NCBI GenBank assembly: GCA_002104905.1
Contig: MCFE01000321.1
Location: 1 to 64,000, forward strand
Length of the DNA: 64,000 nucleotides
Reading direction: 5' to 3'
Source of the DNA: Basidiobolus meristosporus CBS 931.73
Lineage: Eukaryota > Fungi > Basidiobolomycota
Below the pieces are notes generated by a model that searched no databases, had not been told where the DNA came from, and worked only from the letters and a program-made list of their open reading frames with translations. Positions 24,360 through 36,242 of this stretch are shown piece after piece; the stretch's first letter is position 1, and the number at the start of each line of letters is the position of its first letter. The position numbers and the translations under genes were made by a program.

Positions 24360-25602
24360 TGTTGTGTTGTATTATGATTAGTTTGGGGCTTGTTCTACAA
24401 TGTAGAGGCTAATCAACAATATACAACAACTTCCAGTATGTTAATACTGAAATAGTTTATTGGGAGTTTGATATACCGATAGAAGATATAACTTTCACTA
24501 ATTTCCTCAATCTTGGGCTCAAAATATACTGTAGGCAGTGTTTATCACTTCTACAGCAGTGTTCTGACCTTCTGCCGACTAATGGGCTTATTTACTTTTA
24601 TAGTAACTTTTCCTTATTTGGAAGTCACTTTCCTTTCTGAGAAAATATTTCCTAATATGGAAATTCTGAACTCCCCTTTAACCTAAAGGGGTGTGTTGTA
24701 GAAGTCTCTAAAGGGGTCTTTAGACCTAAAGGGGAGTCTAAAGGGGTGTCTTTAGAGTAAAGGGGCTTCCTGTAGTGGTCTCTAAAGTGGACTTTACACT
24801 AAAGGGGTGCCTAAAGGGGCTTCTTTAGAGTAAAGGGGTTTCTTAAAGGGGTCTCTAAAGGGGTCTTTAGACTAAAGGGGTGTCTAAAGGGGTGTCTTTA
24901 GAGTAAAGGGGTTTCTTAGAGGGGACTTTTCCAACAGAAAAGTGGTAGTTTCTTGTAGAACTTAGATTGGATTCTTGTGAGCTTTGCAGTCTCTTTACTG
25001 ATGTAGTACTGATCAAAGTCAGAATACTCAACAGTGCAAGTGATGCAGGGGAAGTCTTATAACCTTTAAACTTGTAATCGTAGTGTGGATATTCTGGAAA
25101 GAGAGGCTCTCTCTTTATTTTTCAGCTGGGGAAGTCATATATATGAAAATTTTGAAGGATCAAAGTTTTTGGGTGATTGCGCAAGCAATACACGTGATAC
25201 GAAGCTAAAATTTTGCAGTGGCGCAGATCGGACATAGGCGCAGCACCTGTGAAAATTTCACGTGATTTGATTGGCTGGTTCAAAAGTTACACGCGATCAA
25301 AGTCACCATAGTAATCCTAGCAATAAGGCATAGTATATATAATAGTTGGACTCTTTTGGTCATAACTCCTTAAGTGCTGCTTCAAATGAGCTGTAATTTG
25401 AAACATGTGTTGGCTACTACGTGTTCTGTATGACATAGTATTCTTGGGTGGATTGCATGTCAGGGTCTGGAGCATTTGCTCTTCAAAGTTGGAAATTCTT
25501 GATCTTTCTCTTGTGTGTTACAATAGCAAAAAGCAAAATAAAGAAATGAGTGCTATATTGGTTTAGAGATATTGTAATAATGGAATACTTTCCATTGCCA
25601 CA
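24360..25602. mobile_element. LTR-like family X, solo copy 1 (1243 bp)
   Basis: TGTTG...CCACA termini with 4-bp TSD GAAT on both sides. Colinear with 34401-35579. Removal rejoins the host integrase zinc-finger region. Confidence 0.85.
24684..24924 (+). repeat. Degenerate TAAAGGGG array inside LTR-X copy 1
   Basis: About 12 exact and 3 variant TAAAGGGG units (counted by eye) with short variable spacers. Confidence 0.9.
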
Positions 25603-26464
25603 GAATATGTTGCAAAGATGCTCCACCTGCAAAAGATTTAACTGAAGTCAGAAGATAGGGACAACCACACCAATACTGCTTGACCTACCCTTCCACTGGG
25701 TAGGGATCAACTTTGTTAGCCCCTTTATGAAGACAAAGAAAGGAGAACAATATATAATAATTGCTACCAATTATTTCTCAAAGTGGGTAAAAGCCCAAGC
25801 CATCCAAAATAAAGGCCCAAAGACAACCACCCAATTCATTCTAGAACACCTCATCTGCTGGCATGGATATCCTCAGATACTCCTGTCCAACAATGGTGGC
25901 TCCTTCCTGAACAACACCAGGGCCCATTTGTGTGAAATGATGGGCATGAAACAGGTCTGCATGGCTGCATATCACCACCAGACCAATGGATAAACCAAGA
26001 GGATGAACCAGACATGTTGCCACATACTAGAGAAGCTCTGCTGGGAACTTCCCCAATCATGGGCCAAGCTACTCCCACTGACACTCCTAGCAATGCGTAA
26101 AATACCAAACATAACAACTGGTTTCTCCCTGTACAAAGTTCTGTATGGACAAAGGCCCAAGTGGCATGCAGAAGCTGGATTGACAATGGAAGGTGTCCCC
26201 TTGACAACACATAACAACTATGTGGAAAGGTTGATACACCATATTCCAAAATGTCAACAAGCACCTTCCCCCTCTACCCAAAAATGAGAAACTAACAGGA
26301 CAAAAGTGGAAACCAGGCAATAAAGTGTGGTACAATCAAACCATTGCAGGCCTCAGGTTTTGCCCACAAATCACACCCCAATGGATTGGCCCTTGCACCA
26401 TTATTAGTTTGGACCACAGGCCAAAGTACACCATCACCCTGAACAATCCAACAATCAGCAACAT

Positions 26465-27275
26465 TGTGGTGGTGTATAGGTCCAAGGGAGAGATACATCC
26501 AACACTTCTCAAGTGTTTTGTGTGTGGGGTGTTCACTGGGTGCAATAACCTCTGGCAAACACTTGCTAGGAATACTTGGGTTCTGTCTCTAATCTAATGT
26601 GAAGGGGAATAAAGCCACAAGCTTGTCAAGGGAAAACTATTGAGCTACAATCCCCAGCTTAGTTGGTGTCTTAACAAAAGTATGTGCTGGGTTCAGTGTC
26701 CTTTGAGATGACAATATACCAAAGCTTCCAAAGTCAAAACAACTCTAAACTCCACCAGCAGGGACTGGATAAGAATGCAGCTGTGGTCAATAGTTACAAA
26801 GACAGAAAAGTATCTTTGCCTGTACAAGAACAAACTTGGGAAAGAATCAAATATAATAAAAGATACCTACTCTGAGTATTCCTCACAAGTAGTGCCTCCA
26901 AGGTCAGTTGGCTGTCAGCGTGGTTTACTGGGAGTGTCCTGTGGTCTGGGGTTGGAGGTTCAGGTAGCAGCAGGTAGCAGTGATCACACTAATCAATAAG
27001 TTGGTATATTGATAAAAGGGATGATGATTTATTGTTGAGGGATAGCCTCCCTTATATACTTTTCTTACTGGCTAAGTGATTACTAATCATGGTGTTCCAG
27101 AAGGCTCTGGATATCAATAGAAATCTTAATGTCATCAGAATGACCTCAGAATGTTTTAAGTAGGTGCCAGAAGGTTCTAAGAGGCACAGCACATCCAGCC
27201 AATCAGATCAGTATTTTGAAACCTGTGTAACATAGGGATACCATATATGGTATGGAAATGGTAGTGATGGTGACA
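26465..27275 (+). repeat. LTR-like repeat family Y, copy 2 (longer variant)
   Basis: Starts TGTGGTGGTGTA and ends GATGGTGACA like 2435-2974. The middle differs. No TSD. Confidence 0.6.
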
Positions 27276-27516
27276 TGGGTTGATCATGTGTGGTTTGCCA
27301 ACTATTTAGCTCTGTCAAAAACATTCCTTGAGCAATGCAAGCCGCACCCCACTCTGCCACCAAATGGTATCAGGTACTTGCCTGTGACCCCCTTGCAAGT
27401 GACAACCAGCAATGGTACTATGGTGACTCCCCATGCTCTGTGAACAAAATTGACCCTGGAGAAGCAAGTTAGTCAAAGTACTTCAACTACAAAGCTCCCT
27501 CTTAACCCCTAGGATT

Positions 27517-27893
27517 TGTGAGTACTGAATGCAGTACCACTCTTTGCCCAAGAGTTCTCCACAGAGTCCTACCCAAAGTCCCCCAGTATCCTCCCTATGA
27601 TTCCCTCACACACCCTCCCTCCTATCCCTGCCCTCATCTAGTTAGTACACTTACCATAATAGCAAGGTGTTCACACCCCTATTTTATAACGCATTGTCTA
27701 TTATCTAAGCCCCCCCCAAGTGATATATATATCAACCCAATTAAACCAAGTGAGAGGACAAGAGGATATGGATGGAATAAACATAAGTCTTTATTACCTT
27801 GCTACCTTCTATTGGAAGCTATTCTGAACCAATTGGTACTGACTTGGCCTACAAGCTCTCCCACTCACCAAGTACAGTCAGTAATAACCCACA
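27517..27893 (+). repeat. 3' LTR of the Gypsy element
   Basis: Direct repeat of 20277-20654, followed by TSD CCTGG. Confidence 0.92.
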
Positions 27894-27960
27894 CCTGGCA
27901 CACTATGGCATCATTTGGCACTCATGGCTTAATGTGGCACTATCCAACAGAATAAGTCTA

Positions 27961-29610
27961 TTGAATCAAAGTATATCTCTCCATGGGGCAACTATTTGAC
28001 ACTCAGTAACATGACCCTGTTTTGTTACTTCTTGGTCAGTACCTATGTGAGTCAACAACAGTCTTGTACTTGATACCCTGCATCTATATCAATGTGGGAT
28101 TCAATGATGAGCTGCCATAATAAGCACAATAAATATAATTGTGGCACCATCAACACAAATGCATGAAACACTGTTTCCACTTTGTTTGGACTCATTTTCA
28201 TATATCTGTGGCCATAAAATAAAATAAAGTTGTCTGGTTTCCTGCAAAACCACACTGCTGAGAGCAGCAGAAAAACACTAGGGCATTTGATGTTGCAATC
28301 AGGGCGTATCTAACAATGGCCATGTTGACAGTGTGCACACTGAAGGTGATAATATAGGCTCCTCAGGCTCTTAGTCAAGTGGGCAATTGGGAATCTTTGC
28401 AGAGCTGCAAGCTGACCATAATGCCCTGGCAGATGACAATGTAGCAAATGCAGTACCTTTGGCTGGAGATCAGCTAGTGGCTGACATGTCATCACCACCA
28501 ACTATTTTAGCCAATGTATTGTCAGCTCATAAAAAAGTAATAATGAGCCAGTCAGGTGCAGTGGCTGATAGGAAAGATGTGATGACACAGAGAAATCAGG
28601 AAAAAGTCCAGTGATAGGATCAGCAGAGAGTATATGTAGCTAAATTGATATCCCAGGTAGAGAATGCAGTATCTTTGCTACAAAGCAGGAACTCAAGTAA
28701 CTCAATGTCACAGCTAAGTATTGTTCAACTTCCTAATATAACAGCAGAGGAACACCATCAAGTCTTTGAAGCATAATCATAGTGCTCAGTGATAAAGCCC
28801 ACAGAAAAACATATTACAACATGGGAGGGAGAGACTGTGGTGTATATACCCCAGCCTAAAAATCAAAAGACACTGGAGATCTGTGAAGCCATTGAGTGCA
28901 ATAAAGAAGAGTGGGCTAACATACAAGATGCTGTAAGAATTCTTTAACACCATCACCTTAAGGCCAGTATACCATGAGACCATCAGGAACTCAAAGCCAA
29001 GCAGCATGCGCTTGACCTGTTCCATGAAAATCATCCCAATTTCAAGCATGCAATCAGATTTTGGACCATCATTGGTATGCTGACAAAGTATCTCAAGAAT
29101 AGCAGAAGCTATCAAAGGCAGAATAATAAGGGTGCAATGGCTAAAAACCAGTAACTTCCTCAAGAGCCTATTACAAGCAAGGTTAAAAGCTCCAAACAAG
29201 TGTCAAGGAGAGTTCAGGTAGCTGGCAGAGTGCCAATAAGGGACAAGCTGGCTGACACAAATGGACCAGCACAACATTTATCGCAAAATAAGTGTAGCTC
29301 CATTCAAGAATTACTCATACCAAGTAGAAGTGAAGGACTTTGCAATAATAGATGCTAAGGGCTTCCTTAGGAGCTGGTCATAACTAGGGCCAAAAGCTCA
29401 AAATAAGTGGCAAAGAAATGTCTGGAAGAGTGCTAGCAATTAGGGCTGAAAGCTCAAAATCAGCTGCAGAGACACCTGAGGTTGCCAGGAGAGTGTTGGT
29501 CAGGGACAAGAAGGCAGAAATGAATACACTAGTGCAGCATGCATCAAGAAGACAAAGTATGACCAGGCAGTGATAAAGGAAAATATATAGAAGAAAAAGT
29601 CCACCCATGC
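27961..29610 (+). pseudogene. Spacer plus ORF-A arm of CACTA-like copy B
   Basis: AELQADHNALADDNVANAVP...GAVADRKDVMTQRNQEKVQ (28387-28614) matches 10938-11186 and position 1 onward. It continues 19417-19603 once the foldback/Gypsy block is removed. Confidence 0.7.
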
Positions 29611-30169
29611 TAGAGTCAGGGACCAGGTGTGTTAATTGCAGTAGCTATATGTGGATGCAGAGGTTACTAAGCAGGAGGCCATACTTTTTTTGATTCAAAC
29701 TCTGTGTTTAATATTCATGGTTGTAGTGGGTAAGCAAATAGTTGGGGTGATTTTACAATGGTTTAGAAGAATTGTGTCAGGGGAGATAGCAAAGGAAACA
29801 CCATTTGGTCAATTGGTATGGTAGCATTATACAATACTAGGTGTAGGCTGCTGTACTGCTATCATAATGCCAGTGGATGTCTGCATCAAGCCCATCAAAA
29901 TACTATCAAGTATTGTTTCATACATGGTAATTGAATGGATTGACCAATTGGGTCTGCACAAACACATGTAGGCCACTATCAAATGGTATAAATACCATCA
30001 AAATCCTATCAAAGGACTCCTTTAAGACCATTAAGCTTAATTGCATATTGAGCAGTAGTTTCAGCAAAAACTGTCACAATCCCATCATAACATTACAGGG
30101 AGGTTCATTAATTCCAAGCTGCTGCCATTATGATGGCCTTGTTGTGGGATCTTAAAAGCTGATGTAGAT

Positions 30170-31370
30170 TGAATACACTCACAGGACCAAATTATATTTC
30201 ATATGGAAACACGCAACACATTGCTGAATATTTGCTCATGTGCAAGCATGGCAAAGAATTCCTGGAAGGTATTGGAAGACACCTACCACTCATGTCTAGC
30301 TGCTAAGAAGATGTATTGTAGATGAGTATACTCTACCCCAAAGATGCAGTCAGCTGAAGAACTGAAGATAAAACTCATTGAATAACCCAATAGTTGATGA
30401 GAGAAGTCTGCAGGTGCACCAGCTACTGATGTGGATGTGATAGTTATCATCCCGAATACCCTGACAGATATGTCATGGGGCTTGTATTGGCACTATAGTC
30501 CAGATTTGAACATTTGACCTCAGATATGTATATGTGAGATGTTTGGATGAAAAATACAAAAATCAAGTACCAGTCAGAAGGAAGAAGAAATTGGTTTGAG
30601 AAGCAATGATAACAAACACAGGAGGTACTCAAGACCCTTTAAGTGCTGCAGCAATCTGTTTTGCATATACTGCACACTGAAGGGACACAAATCAAGCTGG
30701 TACCTCAAAAAAAGAGGTAATCAGCAAAAAAGGCCGGAATACAGAAATGCACTAGCAACTGGGGATAGACTATTCAAATCTGCTCTATATATGACCACAA
30801 ATAATGGTTCTCTGTTGTATTATGCTTACTCTGGAGCATCCCAGCACTTTACATACCAGAAACAACTTTTAAACCAATATCAACAAATTTAACTGAGAAG
30901 GTTTTCTGGGTTGATGATGGAACAATTGATGTGGTCTGAGAAGGAACTATCCAGGAAAATCTCTAAATCTCTGAAGGAGCCCTCACACTTGCCTCCAGAG
31001 AAGCTCTCTATGTACCAGAAATAGCCAAGAAACCACTATCCATAAGCAAGGCCACTGCCAAAGGGCTGAGTTTCAGTATTGACAATTCTGGATGCTGTAT
31101 CAACAATCAAAATGGTGCTCATATTGCTTTGGGCATTGGAGATCAGATTTGGTGCAAGTTGACTTATGTTTCATCCTATCTTGTAGCCAATATAAGTAAC
31201 TTACATGAACAAGTACCAATGGGTTTGCACTGGAGATTAGGGCACATCTATTTTCACTCTTTGTGAAAAATGATCAAATATTGGCTAATTCACAATGTAA
31301 AATTGATCCCCCAGTAGGTGTAGAACATTGTGGAGCCTGCATAAATGGGAAATAAGCCAGACAACTGCTC
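30170..31370 (+). pseudogene. Copia-2 gag / protease / pre-integrase relic
   Basis: AKNSWKVLEDTY (gag), YYAYSGASQHF (protease), PEIAKKPLSISKAT, WRLGHI...CGAC. Similar to 41940-42420. Confidence 0.75.
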
Positions 31371-32388
31371 AATGTTATTGTAGCAAAATTGACCCACTTT
31401 TTGTCAGCTTCAGGCTTTGCCATATACCACAGAACTGGAGTTTCCTTACTTCTGGCAACAGTCTAATTCATTTAGACAACTTCACTTTATGTCCACACTA
31501 GGCTCAGGGACAGTAACTTCCATCATATAGATTCTGTGTGAGGTAATAGAAATGACCTATATTAGGCAAAGCTAAGGTTTTGTCATCTATATGTGATCCA
31601 GATTATCCCATTTCTTGGTACTGTGTCACACAGTGCATGGCCAAAAAAGGGTTTTTGTTCAACTCTGAGCTAGGATGGCCTTCTCCCACTTGAACCACGC
31701 CTATTTAGTGCTTCAGATATACAAAAATGATCTAGAGTGGTTATGTTTGTTTTCCTTAAGTAACAATATCTATCTTTGATAGTTTACTTTGCTTACAATA
31801 GACTCAAGGTCCATTTGCTTCTTGGTTTTCCCAGTTTGGTATCAGAAAGTACCATTGATTAGTGAGTAGGTACTTTCAGAGTGCTTCCACAGATTTGAAT
31901 TGATACAACTGCTTTTGTCTTATCAGAATATACATATGGAGTAGAGTCTAGTGCATTCCCAGAAGTGAGATTCTTCTCAACAAGGGCTTTGATCATCCTT
32001 ATTCTCCTAATAGGTATTTTCAGCCTTGAGCTTGGTTTGCAAGGCTAACTGATGTTCTCAGTGTCTTCAGAATCCATAAAACACATCTGGTTGATGCTTG
32101 CACCTTTTTTCTTTTAGCTCCATAGACAGCACTGTGGTAGGGTTAACATACCTCCCACAGACAAGTTTATTCATGCAGTCATTATGATAAACCTATCCAT
32201 ATTTTATCTTATTAGTATTATCCCATTCTTCTTTTGCCCATATTATCAGTATTATCCCCATATGATGTTTACCCTGATTAGTTATTAGCATTAGTTATCC
32301 CAGATGTTATTCAGCTTTGTGATCAATATATGTACCTACATAAGGCAAGTACCCGCGTCAAGTACCTGTGACACATGACCTAGGTCTG

Positions 32389-32937
32389 TGTTACCATCCC
32401 TACCAGTTCAATACCATATATGGTATTTCTATGTTGCACAGGTTTCAGATTACTGATTCCTGATTGGTTGAATGTGCTGTGCCTTTTAGAATCTTCCAGG
32501 ACATTCTTGGCATATTTTTGGCTCATAGTGATGTCACCAAGAATTCCACTGATACCTGGAATCTTCTAGAACCTTGTCATTAATAATCACTTGGCAATCA
32601 GGAAAAGTATTTAAGGGAAAGCAATCCCTTGTCAATAAATCATCCCTTCTTTCAGTAACACTTCTACCTTATTGTTTAGCAGTTGATCACTGCACCTGCC
32701 TTTAACAGTACATCTCAGACCTGCCATCAAGGAGCTTTTCAGGGTAGTGCACAAGACACACAGAGGCCTTTGGAGACACTTGGAGCACCTAGGAAGCTAG
32801 AGAAGCAGGAGCTTTTACCATTGTGATATATTGACAAAGACACCAGCAGTTTAGACACAGAGGGTATTGCACCCATCAGACACCTCACACACCTCAAGTT
32901 GTGTAGCTTCCCCCAGGAGTACCTCTACACCACCACA
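32389..32937 (-). repeat. LTR-like repeat family Y, copy 3 (inverted)
   Basis: Reverse complement aligns with 2435-2974. No TSD found. Confidence 0.65.
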
Positions 32938-33879
32938 GCACACATCAAGACTTCTGCTTCAATGAATCTGCTCCAATTTAAACTACAATATCTGACAGAT
33001 ATTGTTGAAATTTCAGGGCTCTTGTGGAATTTGAGACTCAATGACTTTGTACAAGAGGCACCATGAAGCATATCTACACTGATAGATAGTCCAAATATAG
33101 CCTACATAGGTTTTGGCTCCATTTGGGGAGTACCTTAATTTGTAGTAGTAATATTTTCCCATTTCTCTACTTTTTCTTTTTCTGCTAAGGATCCAAGGGA
33201 GATCCCATTTGTGGGATGGTTCTGGACTCTCCTACAGGAGGGACCACAGCGTGCTTTAGCATAGAAGTCCTCATGAGATTGTTCCAGAATATATGACTAT
33301 TTGGCAGTGAAATAATCAAAATTGGTATCCACTTAGATCTATCGTAACTTTAGATAGAGTTAACAAAATTTGATCAAATAAACTGCATTTGCAAGCTGTA
33401 TAATATCTTATCCAAAAGCTTGTCTAACATTTATTGAGGTCATATAAATACATACAGCAATAAATTTCTTTGCAGTACTGAACCCTCAAATGCCAATATT
33501 ACACAATTTTTTCAGTAGTGGTAGAGCACCAATGTACTATATATCTTGACATATTTGCATGCCAGCTTGCTAGACTCTGCTTCATAACAAGCTTCAGTAG
33601 GTACTAAATCAGTATCTTGGGGGCAAGTTCTTCTTCTCTACAGTAATATCCTCAGGAACATAGTCCTTTGGGCAGTGGTAGTATTTGTTAACTTTAGCAG
33701 AGCAATAGTGCAGAAAGTCTTTCTCCAGACTAGCAGAAAAGAATTCAAGGCAAAGTAGACACTAAGAGAATAGCAGACTTGGGGTTTATAACCTCTTGCA
33801 ATATTCTGAGAAGTATTGGAAGTGGTAATGAGAATTAGTGGATTTACATGATATATAATTGTGGATTTATTGATCAAAT

Positions 33880-34060
33880 GTATGGTATTTATACATTTGA
33901 CAAAGTAGAGCATACAAATATATAGGTTCTGTCATGGAAGGTTCCAAGAATATGTATGCAAAGTTTGGGGCTTTTGGACAACTTTAGGAAAGATTATAAT
34001 CTGGGTACCTGATAATTTGGAGAAAATATTCTAGGTAGATCCTGACAAGAAATTTTGTCA
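33880..34060. repeat. Fragment of Copia-2 LTR (family Z)
   Basis: gaaggttccaagaatatgtatgcaaagtttgggg...gatcctgacaag matches 40940-41070 and 44430-44540. Ends approximate. Confidence 0.6.
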
Positions 34061-34400
34061 GTACAGAATGATAATCAACAAAAAAGATCTATGTAACTAA
34101 GCAATCCTGAACATTAAGGAGACAACTTAATAATTGCAACACTCAAGAGCTTTGGTATCATCAAGACTAAGACACAATCTCATCTATTTCAATGACATCT
34201 GTGTGGACTTAAGCATAATTCATCCTTAAGAATGATGAAGAATTTGATCACCTTTATTGATGATAATACAAGATACTTATGGGTTAACTTTATGAAAACA
34301 AAAGAAGAAGCACTGTCAAAGTTCAGGGAGCTTAAAGCTGTGGTGAAAAGAGAAACTGGTGAAAATATCAAGCAAATATACTCTGACAGGGGTGGGGAAT

Positions 34401-35579
34401 TGTTGTGTTGTATTATGACTAGTATGAAGCTTGTTCTGCAATGTGGAAGCTAATCAACATTATACAAAAAGTTCCAGAATGCTAATACTAAAATAGCTTA
34501 TTGGGAGTTTGATATACCAATAGAAGATAAAATTTTGACTAATATCCTCAATCTTGGGCTCAAAATATACTATAGACAATGATTCTCACTTCTACAGCAG
34601 TGTTCTGACCTTCTGTCAACTACTGGGCTTATTTGCTTTTATGTAACTTGTTCTTATTTGGAAGTCACTTTCCTTTCTGAGAAAATATTTGCTAATATGG
34701 AAATTCTGAACTCCCTTTAACCTAAAGGGGTGTAGTGTAGAAGTCTCCAAAGGGGTCTTTAGACCTAGTGGGGTGTCTAAAGTGGTGTCAGAGTAAAGGG
34801 GCTTTTTGTAGTGGTCACTAAAGTGGACTTTACACTAAAGGGGTGCCTGAAGGGGCTTCTTAAAGGTGTCTCTAAAGGTATATCTTTAGAATAAAGGGGC
34901 TTCTTAGAAGGGACTTTTCTGACAGAAAAGTTGTAGTTTTCTTGTAGAACTTAGATTGATTCTTGTGAGCTTTGCAGTCTCTTTACTGATGTAGTACCAA
35001 TCAAAGTCAGAATACTCAACAGTGCCAGTGATGCAGAGGAAGTCTTATAACCTTTAAACTTGTAACTGTAGGGTGGAGATTCTGGAAAGAGATGCTCTCC
35101 TTTATTTCTCAGCTGGGGAAGTCATATATATGAAAATTCTGAGGGATCAAAGATTTGCGCAAGCAATACACATTATACAAAGCCAAAATTTTGCAGTGGT
35201 GCAGATTTCACATAGGTGTAGCACCTGTGAAAATATCACATGATTTTATTGGCTGATTTGAAAGCTACACACAATCAAAGTCACTATAGTAATTCTAGCA
35301 ATAGAGGCCTAGTTTATATGATAATTGGGCTCTTTGATCATAACTCCTTGAGTACTGCTTCAAATGAGCTGTAACTTGAACCATGTGTTGACTACTGAGC
35401 ATTTGGCATGAAATAATATTCTTGGGTGAATTTCTTGTCAGGGTCTGGAGCATTTGTCCTTCAAAGTTGAAAATTCTTGATCTTTCACTTGTGTGTTATG
35501 ATAGTACAAAGCAAAATAAAGGAATGAGTCCAATATTGGTTTTGAGATATGTAGTAATGGAATACTTTCCATTACCACA
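34401..35579. mobile_element. LTR-like family X, solo copy 2 (1179 bp)
   Basis: TGTTG...CCACA termini with TSD GAAT. Removal restores DRGGEYTSKL of the host integrase. Shorter, more decayed TAAAGGGG array at 34723-34912. Confidence 0.87.
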
Positions 35580-36242
35580 GAATATACCTCGAAACTCTTC
35601 ATCCACTTCTGCAAAAATGCTTGGGATAAAGTAAGAGATCACTGCACCATACTCTCCATAACAAAATGAGTGGCAGAATATGCAAGCAATACAATAAGTG
35701 AAACTGCAGATCTATATCCATTATCAAAATTATCCTATGATCTTTGAAAAGAGTCAGTTGTTACCGCAGTATATCTCAAAAATAGGACATTCCAGAGAAC
35801 TCTATAATCATGGTTTGATCTGAATTAGTGCATCAAGTGATTATTTCAGGGTCACAAGCCAGAGGATCCAACCAGATCAGGCATTGCCTGTATTACTATA
35901 TCAATGAGGGTACAAAGGTATCCTATGCCTATTCAGTTCAAATTGATGGATCATAGACAGTAAAAGAGTTCCAAAATTGCCTATGGAGGAAGCTTGGAGA
36001 TGTGCAATGACCACAGAGTATCAGGCCCTGATGAAAAATCAAACTTGGTACCTAGTCAAATTTCCAACTAGCAAAAAATGAAGTGGATGCTGATAGGTCA
36101 TCTACAAAAATTACATTGCTGATTGTATATTTGAGAGACATAAAGTAAGATTTATGGCCATAGGATACTCTCAGACAAAGGACTGGACTACACTGAGACC
36201 TGTGCATCAGTAGCCAATATTAACTCCAGCATACAAATACTG

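Larger units (their letters stand above)
21900..26464 (+). pseudogene. Gypsy pol relic (protease, RT, RNase H, integrase)
   Basis: ALMNTGSS (DTG mutated to NTG), WASPVVIVPKKDG...IDYQRLN...LDLNSGYWQV, FTIVTDHSALVWL, IIIATNYFSKWVKA, YHHQTNG, PQWIGPC. Split by LTR-X at 24360 and cut by LTR-Y at 26465. Confidence 0.9.
20277..27893 (+). mobile_element. Ty3/Gypsy LTR retrotransposon, degenerate, with nested insertions
   Basis: LTRs at 20277-20654 and 27517-27893 (TGTGAG...CCGCA/CCACA), 5-bp TSD CCTGG (20272-20276 and 27894-27898), gag-PR-RT-RH-IN order. Confidence 0.93.
19606..27958. mobile_element. Foldback/MITE-like element, copy 1 (about 730 bp net; split by the Gypsy insertion at 20277-27893)
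   Basis: 19606-~19950 is the inverted repeat of ~19990-20276 plus 27899-27958. Termini TA|GACTT...AAGTC|TA. Homologous to 36243-36968. Confidence 0.85.

Noticed and set aside
24684-24924. TAAAGGGG array as a true or interstitial telomere, or as a CRISPR array
   Set aside because: It sits at the same position inside two copies of a TSD-bounded element. Units are 8 bp with short related spacers, and the context is eukaryotic with no cas genes.
31380-33870. Possible gag/protease relics and degenerate TATTATCCC repeats flanking LTR-Y copy 3
   Set aside because: CpG-depleted and probably TE-derived, but I could not identify a diagnostic motif or PBS.
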